This document shows, piece after piece, positions 1 through 10,300 of a stretch of 62,132 nt of DNA (the first letter of the stretch is position 1; every line of letters begins with the position of its first letter). Both the position numbers and the translations under genes were made by a program. The notes beneath the pieces are model-generated. The model was not told the origin of the DNA and did not search any database. It saw nothing but the letters and a program-made list of their open reading frames with translations. The stretch spans positions 1 to 62,132 of the forward strand of contig JAZGDW010000139.1 in the NCBI GenBank assembly GCA_036478295.1, given 5' to 3'. The DNA comes from Candidatus Krumholzibacteriia bacterium (lineage in GTDB: Bacteria > Krumholzibacteriota > Krumholzibacteriia > WVZY01).

Positions 1-54
1 CCTCAGCTTGAAACATCGGGATACCAGACCCAGTTGCACGCGGAGGAATGAAGA

Positions 55-2820
55 ATGCACGCATCTCCCTTCGATTACACCGGCCCGCGGGCGGAACGGG
101 CGCTGAGCCGCAGAGCCCGGATCATCCTCGCCGTTCTTTTTCTGATCGGCGTCCTGATCGCGCTCGCCATCCCGAAATCCGCCGCGGCAACCACCGAGGC
201 AGGTTGGCGCGCGCTGTGGAACAACCAGCTCGTCGCCGCCCGGAAGCATTTCGAACAGGTTCTCCAGAATAACAAGCAAGACATCTCCGCCCAGCGCGGT
301 CTCGTCATTGCCCTCTTCAGCCGGGGCAACGAGCGCGCCGCGATCGAAGCATTGGGGAAGCTCTCGGAGATGAAACAGGCGGAAACCATCGACTTCCTCC
401 TGGCCATGTGGGTCTACCAGCTCGCCGTCACCTCTGGGGCGGACGACAAGGATTTTCGCGAGATGTGCAAGCGGTTTGCCGAGCGTGATGCGATCGATGC
501 ACTCGACCGGAGACCGATCTACGCAGCTACGATCAACTTCGCCCTGAGCACGGGCGATTGGAAACATGCCAGGTCGCTCTCGGAGAAACTCAACCGGATC
601 GACAAATGGTCGATCCTCGGCCCCTTCGACAACACATCCGGCAGCGGACACGCCAGGACGCACATAGATGAAGCGGGCATGCGCAACCCGCAACGCCGCT
701 TTCGCGGCAAGGCCGGCCAGGAGTTCGAGTGGCTCCATCCCAAGGTCCTCGACAGGGGGCGCACGATCAACTTCAGCAACCATTTCGCACGATCGACGGC
801 TATCACCGCGTACGCCGGCTGCACCATAACGACCAAGAAGGCGGGCGTGTATGTGCTAAGCCTCACGACGGACGGGGCGGTGTCGGTGTTGCTCGACGGC
901 GACGAGATTCTGAACGACGACGTGGTCAGCGGCCACGGGGAGTTTCACCACTTTGAAGTCGGGCTAAACGCCGGCCGGCACAACCTGCTCGTCAAGGTGT
1001 CGGGGAATGCGCAGATTGAACCCAGTGTTGCTGCCTCTCTGAGTGCGCTCGACGGAAGGGAGGCAAAGGACGTTCGCTACGCGCCCCTCATCCCCATCGG
1101 AATTGCCACCGGCGTAACGCAGATTCGTCGCCGGCCGCTTCCGGTCACTCAGAAAACCGCGTCGATGGTCGCGGCCGACACGCTGGATGCACAGGCGGCA
1201 TACTGGCGACTGCTCCACCTCTGGGGCTTCGATCAGCGGGTGGAGCTCAGGAAGTTCGCTTCGGAGGTAAAGAAGCGTTTCCCCCAATCTGCCTTGCTTC
1301 GTTACACCGCCGGCCGGGCGCTGATGGAGACGGGCGATCGCACGCGGTCCCGACAGTTGATGCGAAAAGCCGCCGACCTCGATCCGACGCTCGCACAGGC
1401 GCTGACCTGGCGCGCTGCGGACAAGATGCAGCGCCGCATGTTCACGCAGTCGGACTCACTGTTGTTGGCGGCCACGCGGGCCGCCCCCGGGTTCATAACA
1501 GCGAGGCTTATGCTGCTGAATTCCTACTGGGAGCGCCAGCTGCAAGACAAGGCCATTCCCATGGCGGAGCGGCTCGACAAGGAGTATCCGGAGTTCGCGG
1601 TGCCGAAGGAGATCCTCGGGAACTACTACGAGTCGCGCGGCGAAAAGGGCCGAGCCAAACGTTACCGCCGCGAGGAGCTGCGTGTGATGGCGAAGGGCGC
1701 GAACGCCCTGGCAAAGGTCCTCCGCGCTTTTGAAAAAGACGACCCGGGCGAGGCGGCCAAGCAGTTTGAGGTGCTTCACAAGATTTTCCCCGACTCGCCT
1801 TTATTTCTCGTCTACCTGGCGTCGTCGAAACTTCGCGACGGCGACGCGCAGAAGGCGATCGAACTCTCCAACCGTGCGGCGGATGAGTTTCCGTACTCCT
1901 ACGACGCGCTGCTCATGAAGGCGTTCATCGAGGATCAACTCTCGGCCTTCGAGGGGAAGCATAAGCCAACGGCCATCGAATATTACGAGCGCTCGCTCGC
2001 CGTGAATCCCGGTGATTTCGAAACCCGGGACAAGCTTCGCGAACTAAAGGGGTTGCGGCCGGTCAGCGAGATCCTTCCGCCTCCGAATCTCGAGGCGGCC
2101 CGCCAGCACGAGCTATCTGCGGCAGACTACCCCGGAGAGAATGCCTGCGTGCTTCTCGACGACAACCGCCGCATCGTCTTCGCCGACGGTACGACATACG
2201 TCGAGCACGCGATCATCGCAAAGGTCTTCAACGACGCCGGTGTCGAGCAGTTCTCGTCGCTCAATACGGGCTTGAACCCGCTCTTCACCGAATTGGTGAT
2301 CAAGTCCGCACGTACGATCAAGCCGAGCGGAGAGGAATTTGAAGCGCGGTCGATGCTCGGCGAGATCGCCTTTCAGTCGCTGGCGCCCGGGGACGTGGTT
2401 GAGCTGCATTACGGCGGCAGTTCGTGGGGCGTGGGCAAGCTCAATCAAGAGTTCTGGACTTCCCATATGTTCCAGTGGTCGGTGCCGTGCCGCAAGTCGA
2501 CGTACACGCTGCTGGTACCGAAGGGCACTGATTTCGACGCGTTCATTCACAACCATTCGGCAGTGATCAAGGACCCGGTGTACACGCATGGTGGGTTCGA
2601 AAGCCACACCTGGGTGATGAAAGACGTACCCGGCAGAAGAAGAGAGCTATACGCCCCGTCGGCGCAGGATGTTTCGCCCTGGCTCGACGTGTCGTCGGTC
2701 AAGCACTGGAGCGACATCGTCGAGTGGTACAGTGACCTCTCGGAGATGCCGTCGAAGGCGGACCCGGTGGTCGATGCCAAGGCGCAAGGAGATTATCCGG
2801 GTCGCGAAGACCCAGCGTGA
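55..2820 (+). CDS. N-terminal part of a large membrane-anchored TPR / beta-sandwich / DUF3857-like protein; the reading continues in another frame near 2786 (see next feature)
   Basis: 921-aa ORF. N-terminal hydrophobic anchor IILAVLFLIGVLIALAI and TPR-like helical repeats. The last third resembles the DUF3857 region that normally precedes a transglutaminase core. The ORF stops only ~35 nt after the homologous reading resumes in a second frame. Confidence 0.7.
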   Translation: MHASPFDYTGPRAERALSRRARIILAVLFLIGVLIALAIPKSAAATTEAGWRALWNNQLVAARKHFEQVLQNNKQDISAQRGLVIALFSRGNERAAIEALGKLSEMKQAETIDFLLAMWVYQLAVTSGADDKDFREMCKRFAERDAIDALDRRPIYAATINFALSTGDWKHARSLSEKLNRIDKWSILGPFDNTSGSGHARTHIDEAGMRNPQRRFRGKAGQEFEWLHPKVLDRGRTINFSNHFARSTAITAYAGCTITTKKAGVYVLSLTTDGAVSVLLDGDEILNDDVVSGHGEFHHFEVGLNAGRHNLLVKVSGNAQIEPSVAASLSALDGREAKDVRYAPLIPIGIATGVTQIRRRPLPVTQKTASMVAADTLDAQAAYWRLLHLWGFDQRVELRKFASEVKKRFPQSALLRYTAGRALMETGDRTRSRQLMRKAADLDPTLAQALTWRAADKMQRRMFTQSDSLLLAATRAAPGFITARLMLLNSYWERQLQDKAIPMAERLDKEYPEFAVPKEILGNYYESRGEKGRAKRYRREELRVMAKGANALAKVLRAFEKDDPGEAAKQFEVLHKIFPDSPLFLVYLASSKLRDGDAQKAIELSNRAADEFPYSYDALLMKAFIEDQLSAFEGKHKPTAIEYYERSLAVNPGDFETRDKLRELKGLRPVSEILPPPNLEAARQHELSAADYPGENACVLLDDNRRIVFADGTTYVEHAIIAKVFNDAGVEQFSSLNTGLNPLFTELVIKSARTIKPSGEEFEARSMLGEIAFQSLAPGDVVELHYGGSSWGVGKLNQEFWTSHMFQWSVPCRKSTYTLLVPKGTDFDAFIHNHSAVIKDPVYTHGGFESHTWVMKDVPGRRRELYAPSAQDVSPWLDVSSVKHWSDIVEWYSDLSEMPSKADPVVDAKAQGDYPGREDPA

Positions 2821-3886
2821 GCGGATCCGCCGGCTCTACGATTACGTCGCGAATCAGATCACCTACGAAAACCTTAGCTTTCAGTACAGTGCCTACATCC
2901 CGGAAGCCGCCGAGGACGTGCTGCAGGCGCTCTACGGCGACTGCAAAGATAAAGTGTGCCTCCTGCGCTCGATGCTCAAGGGTGCGGGGGTCGAGTCATA
3001 CTTCGTGCTGGTATCACCGGTGACCGACGGCCTCTCGTCGATCCTGCCGTCTGCGCGTTTCAACCACGCGATCCTTGCCATCCCACAGGATGATGGACTC
3101 TGGTTCGTCGATCCGACGGCGAAGGGCATGGACGCAGATCGTTTGCCCGAGAGCCTGAGGGGTGCGAGGGCGCTGGTCATCAAACCGGGAACGAACAATC
3201 TCTCCGTGCTGCCGCTCGCCGACTCGCGGGAGGATAAGACGATAATCAAGACGGACATCTCCGTCAGCGGAGACGACGCGCGCAAGCTCGTCGTCAAGAG
3301 ACGGGAGTGCGTGCGCTCAGGGGACAAGGTCGCGGAACTCCGCAGCAGGCTCAAGGATGAGAACCAGGAGCAGCGCCAGACATACCTCGCGACGAATCTG
3401 GGCACCAAGATCGTCGGACTCAAGCTGCTCGACGCCGAATGGACAGGGCTTACACCCGGAACGGATTCGGTGACGGTGACGTATTCCCTGGAAATCGAGA
3501 ACGCGCTCGCACCGAGCGGCAACCTGAGTATCGCCAGGATTCCGTGGCGCAGCGACATCGACCGTTTCTTCGGCTCGCTCGTCACGTCGAGCACGCGCCG
3601 CGAACCACTATTGCTCTATGGGCTCCAGGTGCAGGAGTCGGAGACGGTGCGCTTCACCCTGCCCGAGGGGTGGAAACTGGTGAGCCCGCCCGAATCGAAG
3701 GAACTGTCATGCCCCTACGGGTCGTGCACGTTCAACTACGCCTACGCAGACGGGGCGTTGCAGGTGACACGCGAGCTTTCCATTCGAGGTCTACAGGTGC
3801 CGCCGGACAAGTACCGGTCGTTCAAGGAATTTCTCGAAAGCGTGATCAGAGAGCACGAGGCGGTGCTTGTGCTACAACAGTCGTAG
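2786..3886 (+). CDS. Transglutaminase-like cysteine-protease core plus DUF3858-like C-terminal region; frame-shifted continuation of 55..2820
   Basis: Cys-His-Asp core motifs YGDCKDKVCLL, FNHAILAI and WFVDPT. The sensible sequence starts at KEIIRVAKTQRERIRRLYDYV (2786). The track start at 2669 lies in an Arg-rich out-of-frame overlap with no RBS. Confidence 0.65.
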   Translation, partial: KEIIRVAKTQRERIRRLYDYVANQITYENLSFQYSAYIPEAAEDVLQALYGDCKDKVCLLRSMLKGAGVESYFVLVSPVTDGLSSILPSARFNHAILAIPQDDGLWFVDPTAKGMDADRLPESLRGARALVIKPGTNNLSVLPLADSREDKTIIKTDISVSGDDARKLVVKRRECVRSGDKVAELRSRLKDENQEQRQTYLATNLGTKIVGLKLLDAEWTGLTPGTDSVTVTYSLEIENALAPSGNLSIARIPWRSDIDRFFGSLVTSSTRREPLLLYGLQVQESETVRFTLPEGWKLVSPPESKELSCPYGSCTFNYAYADGALQVTRELSIRGLQVPPDKYRSFKEFLESVIREHEAVLVLQQS

Positions 3887-3912
3887 CGGAATCGCCCCCG
3901 AGCGCACACTAT

Positions 3913-3953
3913 GAAGCTGATCAAGGTTGAACCTTGGAGCACCGCCTCAGTGC
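3913..3953 (+). repeat. Conserved 41-nt intergenic motif, copy A (GAAGCTGATCAAGGTTGAACCTTGGAGCACCGCCTCAGTGC)
   Basis: 36/41 identical to 11659..11699. Both copies start 17-26 nt after a TAG stop of a + strand gene. Contains two small hairpins (AGGTT-GA-ACCT and GCAC-N7-GTGC). Confidence 0.6.
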
Positions 3954-3973
3954 CGCCTCCCGAGCGCTCGCGT

Positions 3974-3987
3974 TGTCAATATTGACA
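3974..3987. promoter_or_regulatory. Perfect 14-bp palindrome TGTCAATATTGACA, candidate operator
   Basis: Read directly from the sequence. Lies in the 420-bp intergenic region upstream of the giant protease gene. Confidence 0.3.
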
Positions 3988-4307
3988 TAGATCAAGTGGT
4001 ATCCTAAGCGTCTTTCCTGTAGAATACTGCCGAAGCATCCAGGATCGGAAGGATCTCTGAGGCGGCGTGGAAACGCGGCTGTTGAGGTCGCGCCGTGATG
4101 CCTGGCTTCTTTGAATCCGCAGCAACGGACAGACACCGTAGGATGTCACATCCGGCCGGACGATCTCCCCCCACAGGTTCCCCTTCTGAACCTTCTCTTT
4201 TCCTACTTATAGATTCATATCTGTATTGCGAAGTTGTGGCAACGCGACATCGAGTTGTCAGTTTCATTCGGCCAGGGTTCATAACTCAGGACTAATCAGG
4301 AGGAGTA

Positions 4308-7300
4308 ATGAGACGCCTATTCTCCGTCATGCGGGTGGTTGGCATTCTGTCGCTGATGTTTGTGGTCGGGAAGGACACTCATTCCCAGCGGCTTTCCGAC
4401 TATGCCTTGAATCAGATTATTATAAAATTGCAGGCGGGAATCCCATCCAGCGAGAAATCCCTGGTCTTGAGTGACCTCGGTGCCACGGTCATCCGGCAGT
4501 TTTCCCTGATCGACGCCGAGCTGTGGGAGATCTCGGGCATCACGGTCGAACAGGCGATCCTGCGATTTGGAGACGATCCCCGGGTCGAATACGTCGAGCC
4601 GAACTACATCGTTCGTGCTACACAGGTTTTTCCGAACGACCCGGACTTCGATAAGTTATGGGGGCTTCACAATACCGGGCAGACCGGAGGTACCCCGGAC
4701 GCGGATGTCGACGGTCCAGAAGCCTGGCAGGTTGGAACCGGAGACACGGTCGTCGTGGGTGTTATCGACACGGGCGTCGATTGGACTCACGAAGACCTGG
4801 CCGCCAACATCTGGACCAATCCCGGCGAGGTTCCGGGCAACGGCATTGACGATGACGGTAACGGTTTCGTAGATGACGTCAGAGGCTGGGACTTCGCAAA
4901 CAACGATAACAACCCCATGGACGACAACCGCCACGGCACGCACGTGGCGGGAACCATTGCGGCCGTGGGAAACAACGGGGTCGGCGTGGTTGGAGTGAGC
5001 TGGTCCGCTCGCATCATGCCCTTGAAGTTCCTGCATGCAAACGGGAGCGGATTCTCAGGGGATGCCATTGCGGCCCTCGAGTACGCGACCCTGATGGGCG
5101 CCCATCTGACCAACAACAGCTGGGGCGGCGGGGGCTTTTCCACGGCGCTTCGGGACGCAATCGACGCCTCGGGCCAGGTGAGGATGCTTTTTATCGCGGC
5201 GGCGGGAAACAAGGGCCAGGATGCCGATCTCTCCCCTCATTACCCAGCGGCTTATGACCTCGACAATATCATTTCTGTGGCCTGGACAAACCACAATGAC
5301 AACCTCGCCACCAACTCCAACTTCGGTGCCGTATCCGTCGATTTGGGTGCACCGGGCAACGGTATCTACAGTACGATGCCGGGCAATACGTATGGACATC
5401 TTAGCGGAACGTCCATGGCGGCTCCTCACGTATCGGGTACGGCGAGCCTGTTCTGGTCCAAGCATCCCGAATTCACCGCCCTGCAGGTCAAAACGCAGAT
5501 CCTCAGATCGGTAGACCCGGTTCCGGCGCTCGCCGGCAAGACCGTCACCGGGGGCAGGCTGAACACGTTTACGACAATGCTGGAACCCGAAACCATCCCG
5601 CCGGCGGCGGTGACAGATCTGGCCACGGCCGGTCCAACGTCCAATTCGATAACCCTCACGTGGACGGCTACGGGCAACGACAGTCTCACGGGAATAGCGG
5701 CCGGGTACGATATCCGCTACTCGCTCTCGCCGATCGATGCGACCAATTTCGATTCGGCCACCGAAGTGGCGGGAGAGCCGTTACCGCAGCCGTCGGGTAC
5801 GCCCGAGTCTTTCACCGTGGACGGGTTGGATTTTAGCACCACGTATCACTTCGCGATGAAGGTTCTCGATTTCTGGGCGAATACGTCGAGCGTATCCAAT
5901 TCTCCCTCGGGGACTACGTTGGGACCACCGGATATTTCGGTGAGCCCGGCCTCGCTAACCGCCAGCTTGTTGACCGGGGAAATTGCGACGCAGGAGCTTA
6001 CGGTACGAAACGTCGGCGAAGGGACGCTCGATTTCAGCTTGAGTGGCCCGCCGTGGCTGAGCACGGACCCCGCGTCCGGCAGGGTGTGGACCGGAGACAG
6101 TGCGACCGTTGACGTTACGTTCGATGCGACCGGCCTGGCCGGTGGCGATTACAATGCCGGGTTGGTTGTGGCAAGCAACGATCCGGATGAGCCGGTGGTG
6201 GCGGTGCCGGTGCACCTTCACGTCACGGAGGCGCCCACCATAGCGATATCAGAGAGCGTCCTCGATTTCGGGTTGGTGCCCATCGGGTTGACAGCGGGTA
6301 ACACGCTCGTGATCTCCAACATTGGCACGGCCCTGTTGGCGGTAAGTGAGGTGACGCTGGATGATCCGACGTTTGGTGTGGATACGGCCGGTTTCATCCT
6401 GGCCCCGGGCGCGAGCCGCGAACTACCGGTGACGTTTGCCCCCGCCGCTTCAGGGGTGTTCGTCGGAACATTGACTATAGTGAGCAATGACCCATTCGTG
6501 CCGGCACTCGCCGTGACCCTCCAGGGCAAGGGAGTGACGCCGCCCACCATAGCGGTGTCCCCGGAATCGTTGAGCGAAACCCTGACGTCGGGGTCGACGT
6601 CTACGCTGACCCTGGATGTCTCCAACATCAACAGCCTGGGTCTGGATCTGGTGTTCAACATCGTGGAGGGTACGGCGGGTGTTTCGATCAGCGAGGTCAG
6701 CCAGGCACCGTCGCGTGCCCATGCCAAGCACCGAACGCGTCCCGCGAATCCAATCCGCCCTTCGCAAGGTCACTCCCGCCCGCGTGCGGACTCCGATCCC
6801 TGGACGGCGGTGGGGCGCTCGGCTCCCGGACCGGATGTTCGATCTCTGGCGAGTTCCGTAAGCGATGCCAATGTACCGGCTCGGGAGCGTGCTGACGCCG
6901 GGTCCACCGCCAGGACGAGGGGGGATACACACATCTTCAGGGCAGAGGGCACCGCCAACGGCCCCGGCCTGCGCATTCTCCTGCTGCACAGCGGCGCCGA
7001 TGTGACGATGATCCAGGATTCGTTGCTGGCCTATCCGGATGTCTCCGCCGTGGATGCGTTTGATGGCGTGTCTGTGACGCCGGTACTGGATGACCTGTTA
7101 CCGTTTCATGCCGTGGTCGTCGTCGTCAACGTGCCCTTTGACGAGCCGGTCGTCATTGGCGACCTGCTCGCCGACTACGTCGATGCGGGGGGTGGTGTGA
7201 TTCTCAGCGAGGGATCCTTTTTGGTAGGTCTTGGAATTGATTTCGCGGTCCATGGGAGGTTCGAGACCGGAGGTTACACACCGTTTGAAATCGGCAGTTC

Positions 7301-10300
7301 TTTCTCCGGCAGCGCGCGTTTGGGCACTTTTGACGGCCAGCATTCCATAATGAACTGTGCGACGGATGCGCGGACCAGCATCATTACTCACACGCAATTG
7401 ATTAGTGGAGCGATTCGGGTTGCCAGTTGGCAGAACGGCCAACCGTTCATCGCCACAAAGGGAAGCAAGGTCGTGGGTTTCAACGCGTTCCTCGAATCGA
7501 AGGATGAGGGTCTGACACACTGGGCGGAGGATATCCCGTTGATCCTCCATAACGCCGTCCTTTGGACGACCGGGGTCGAGGGTAGTTGCTGGGCATCGGC
7601 CTGCCCCACCACCGGCATCGTGCCGGCGGACAGCACCATGTTTGTCACCGTTACCTTTGCAGCCGATGCCCAGTGTGTAACAGGTGGCGACCACTTCGAT
7701 ACCCTCCTCGTAGTTAGCAACGATCCATTCACGCCCGAGGTGAGGGTACCGATACACCTGAATGTAATTCCGATACCAGATATTGCCGTATCCGACGGCA
7801 TTCTGGACTTCCGCTCCGTTGTTATCGGATTCAGCGGGCGCGATACGCTGGTGGTGTCGAACGAAGGGACCGAAGTGCTCGTGGTGAACGAGGTGACACT
7901 GGATAATCCGGTGTTTGATGCGGACACAACCGGGTTTGTGTTGGGACCGGGTGAGCACCGGAACCTGGCTGTGACCTTTTCCCCGAGCAATGCCGTGGTA
8001 TCTACCGGAATTATGACCATCCTGAGCAACGACCCGGATGAGCCGGAGGTGATCGTGTTGCTCCAGGGCGAGGGACTGCTACCGCCGGACATATCGGTCT
8101 TTCCACTGGAGCTGAATGTCAGCCTTTTCACCGACGAGACCTCAGCCTTCACCGTGACCATCGAGAATCACGGCGAGGGTGATCTGCTGTTTAACGTGTT
8201 CGAAGGGGCAGAGGTCCTCGCGGTCACCACGGCCCCGACGGTCTCTACGCGAGGTTCACGAGCGAGTGGTGCCGGACAGGGCGCCGCGCGAGCACGCCCG
8301 AGCAAGGAGCCCCCCTCCGACGCCGGCGGGGACATCCGGCGCCTGGCAGACCTCGTAAAAGCAGGAGAAGCATCGAGCACGCCCCAGGCCGTCCCCGCAT
8401 ACCGGTTTGACACTGGCATTCTTGCGACCGCCACGACAGGAGAACAACGACGGATCCTCATCCTGCACAGCGCCAGCCGTCCTTCCCTGATCCAGAGTCT
8501 GCTACTAGCATTCCCTGATGTTTCCACGGTGGACGTGTATAACGGGCGTTTTATACCGCCTACGGCAGAGAGCCTGCTGCAGTACCACTGCGTGATTGCA
8601 ATGAACGATGTTCCCTTTGATGATCCCGTGGCGATCGGCGATGTCCTCGCAGACTACGTCGACTTCGGCGGCGGGGTGATTCTGACCATAGGTACGTTTT
8701 TCACTGTCTTCGGGGTCGACTATGCGATCCACGGACGGTTCATGGACGAAGGATACTCGCCGTTTGAAATAGGCAGCTGGTTTCCTGGGATCGGACGACT
8801 GGGCAGTTTTGACGCGAGTCATCCCATCATGAGAGATGTCACCGAAGCGTATACCTCGCTGGTGACCGAGACGCACACGACTCCCGGGGCAAGTCTCTTG
8901 GCCAGTTTCACAAACCTGCAGCGGTTTATCGCAACAAAGGGGGTTGACGTTGTTGCCGTCAATGGGTACCTGGAGTCGCCGGCCGGTGGTTTCGCATTTT
9001 GGGGCGGTGATTTTCCGGAGATCCTCCATAACGCGGCGCTCTGGACCAGTGGGGAGAGGTTGTGTTGGGTATCTCCGGACCCGGTGTACGACAGAGTCCC
9101 ACCGGACAGTACGACGTACGTGACAATTGAGTTCAACGCGGACCTCGCATGTGCAGGCGCGGGGGATTTCCGTGACACGCTTGTCGTCAGAAGCAACGAC
9201 CCGGATGAGCCGGTGATCCCTATTCCCGTCCATCTGATCGTCACGCCGCGGCGGACGATCCCCCTGTCGGCGGATTGGAACCTGGTCAGCTGGAGCCTCG
9301 ATTCCGAACCGGATTCAACAACGTCACTTCTCTCGGGCGTGATGAGCGATCTGACGGTCGCGCTCGGTTTTGACGGCGGCGGGTTGACGTTTTCGCCCAG
9401 TATTCCTCCACAATTCAACACGCTGAATACAATGGACCACCTGCACGGGTACTGGCTCAAAATGACTCAGGCCCAAACCCTGCACATCTTGGGCGACCCC
9501 GTATCCCCGCAAACTCCCATTCCCCTCGCGACGGGCTGGAACCTGGTGAGCTATTTGCCCGATGTACCGGATTCCACCGCCCACGCGCTCGGCGGCGTGC
9601 TCGCGAGTACGGTGGTCGTTCTCGGCTTCGACGGCGCGGGGCTGATGTTCGATCCCGCGATTCCTCCCGAGTTCAACACCCTGCAGGTCATGGAACCGGG
9701 ACGCGGTTACTGGATCAAAACCACGGGGCCCGTCACGCTCGTTTATCCGGAAACGTCCGTACACCCGGCCGGCTCGGCCGCCGCGGCGCAGACGGTGGCG
9801 GGTGGCGCTTCGGTGGTGACACCGACGACCGAGTGGATAGGTATCTGGGGTAGCGGCGTGAAGATGGACGGCGTGCCGCTCGCCGCCGGTACGATGGTGA
9901 GGGCCGTGGACAGGGACAACGTCGTCTGCGGGGAGTTCACGGTGAAGTCGGAGGGGAAGATCGGACTGATGGCTGTTTATAAAGATGATCCAGGCACCCC
10001 GACCGATGAAGGCGTCGGCGCCGGAGAACAGATCGCACTCTACGTCGGAGATGTCAAGATCTCGTCAGGCATTACATGGACCGGAATGGGTGACGTTATC
10101 GATATCAGTGACGTGGTAACGGCGATCGACATAGATCTGCCGACATTGCCCACCCAGTACGCGCTCCTCCAGAACTATCCCAACCCTTTCAATCCAACGA
10201 CCAACATCCGGTACGAGCTGCCGCAGCGCTCGGCCGTTCGCCTCGTGATATACAACGTCAAGGGGCAGGTCGTCCGCGAACTGGTGAACGAGAGCCAGCC

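Noticed and set aside
3887-3960. The 41-nt motif as a stop-codon read-through extension; both copies are in frame with the upstream TAG
   Set aside because: Four of the five differences between the copies are non-synonymous in that frame (K/E, E/G, W/G, S/P). The downstream peptides are unrelated and end at different points. The pattern fits a nucleic-acid motif rather than coding.
7098-9460. Series of 210-290-aa minus-strand ORFs inside the protease gene; similar cases at 15410-16243, 16860-17360, 18564-19229 and 19734-20603 inside other genes
   Set aside because: All are antisense or out of frame relative to genes with clear domain signatures. These are GC-rich shadow ORFs.
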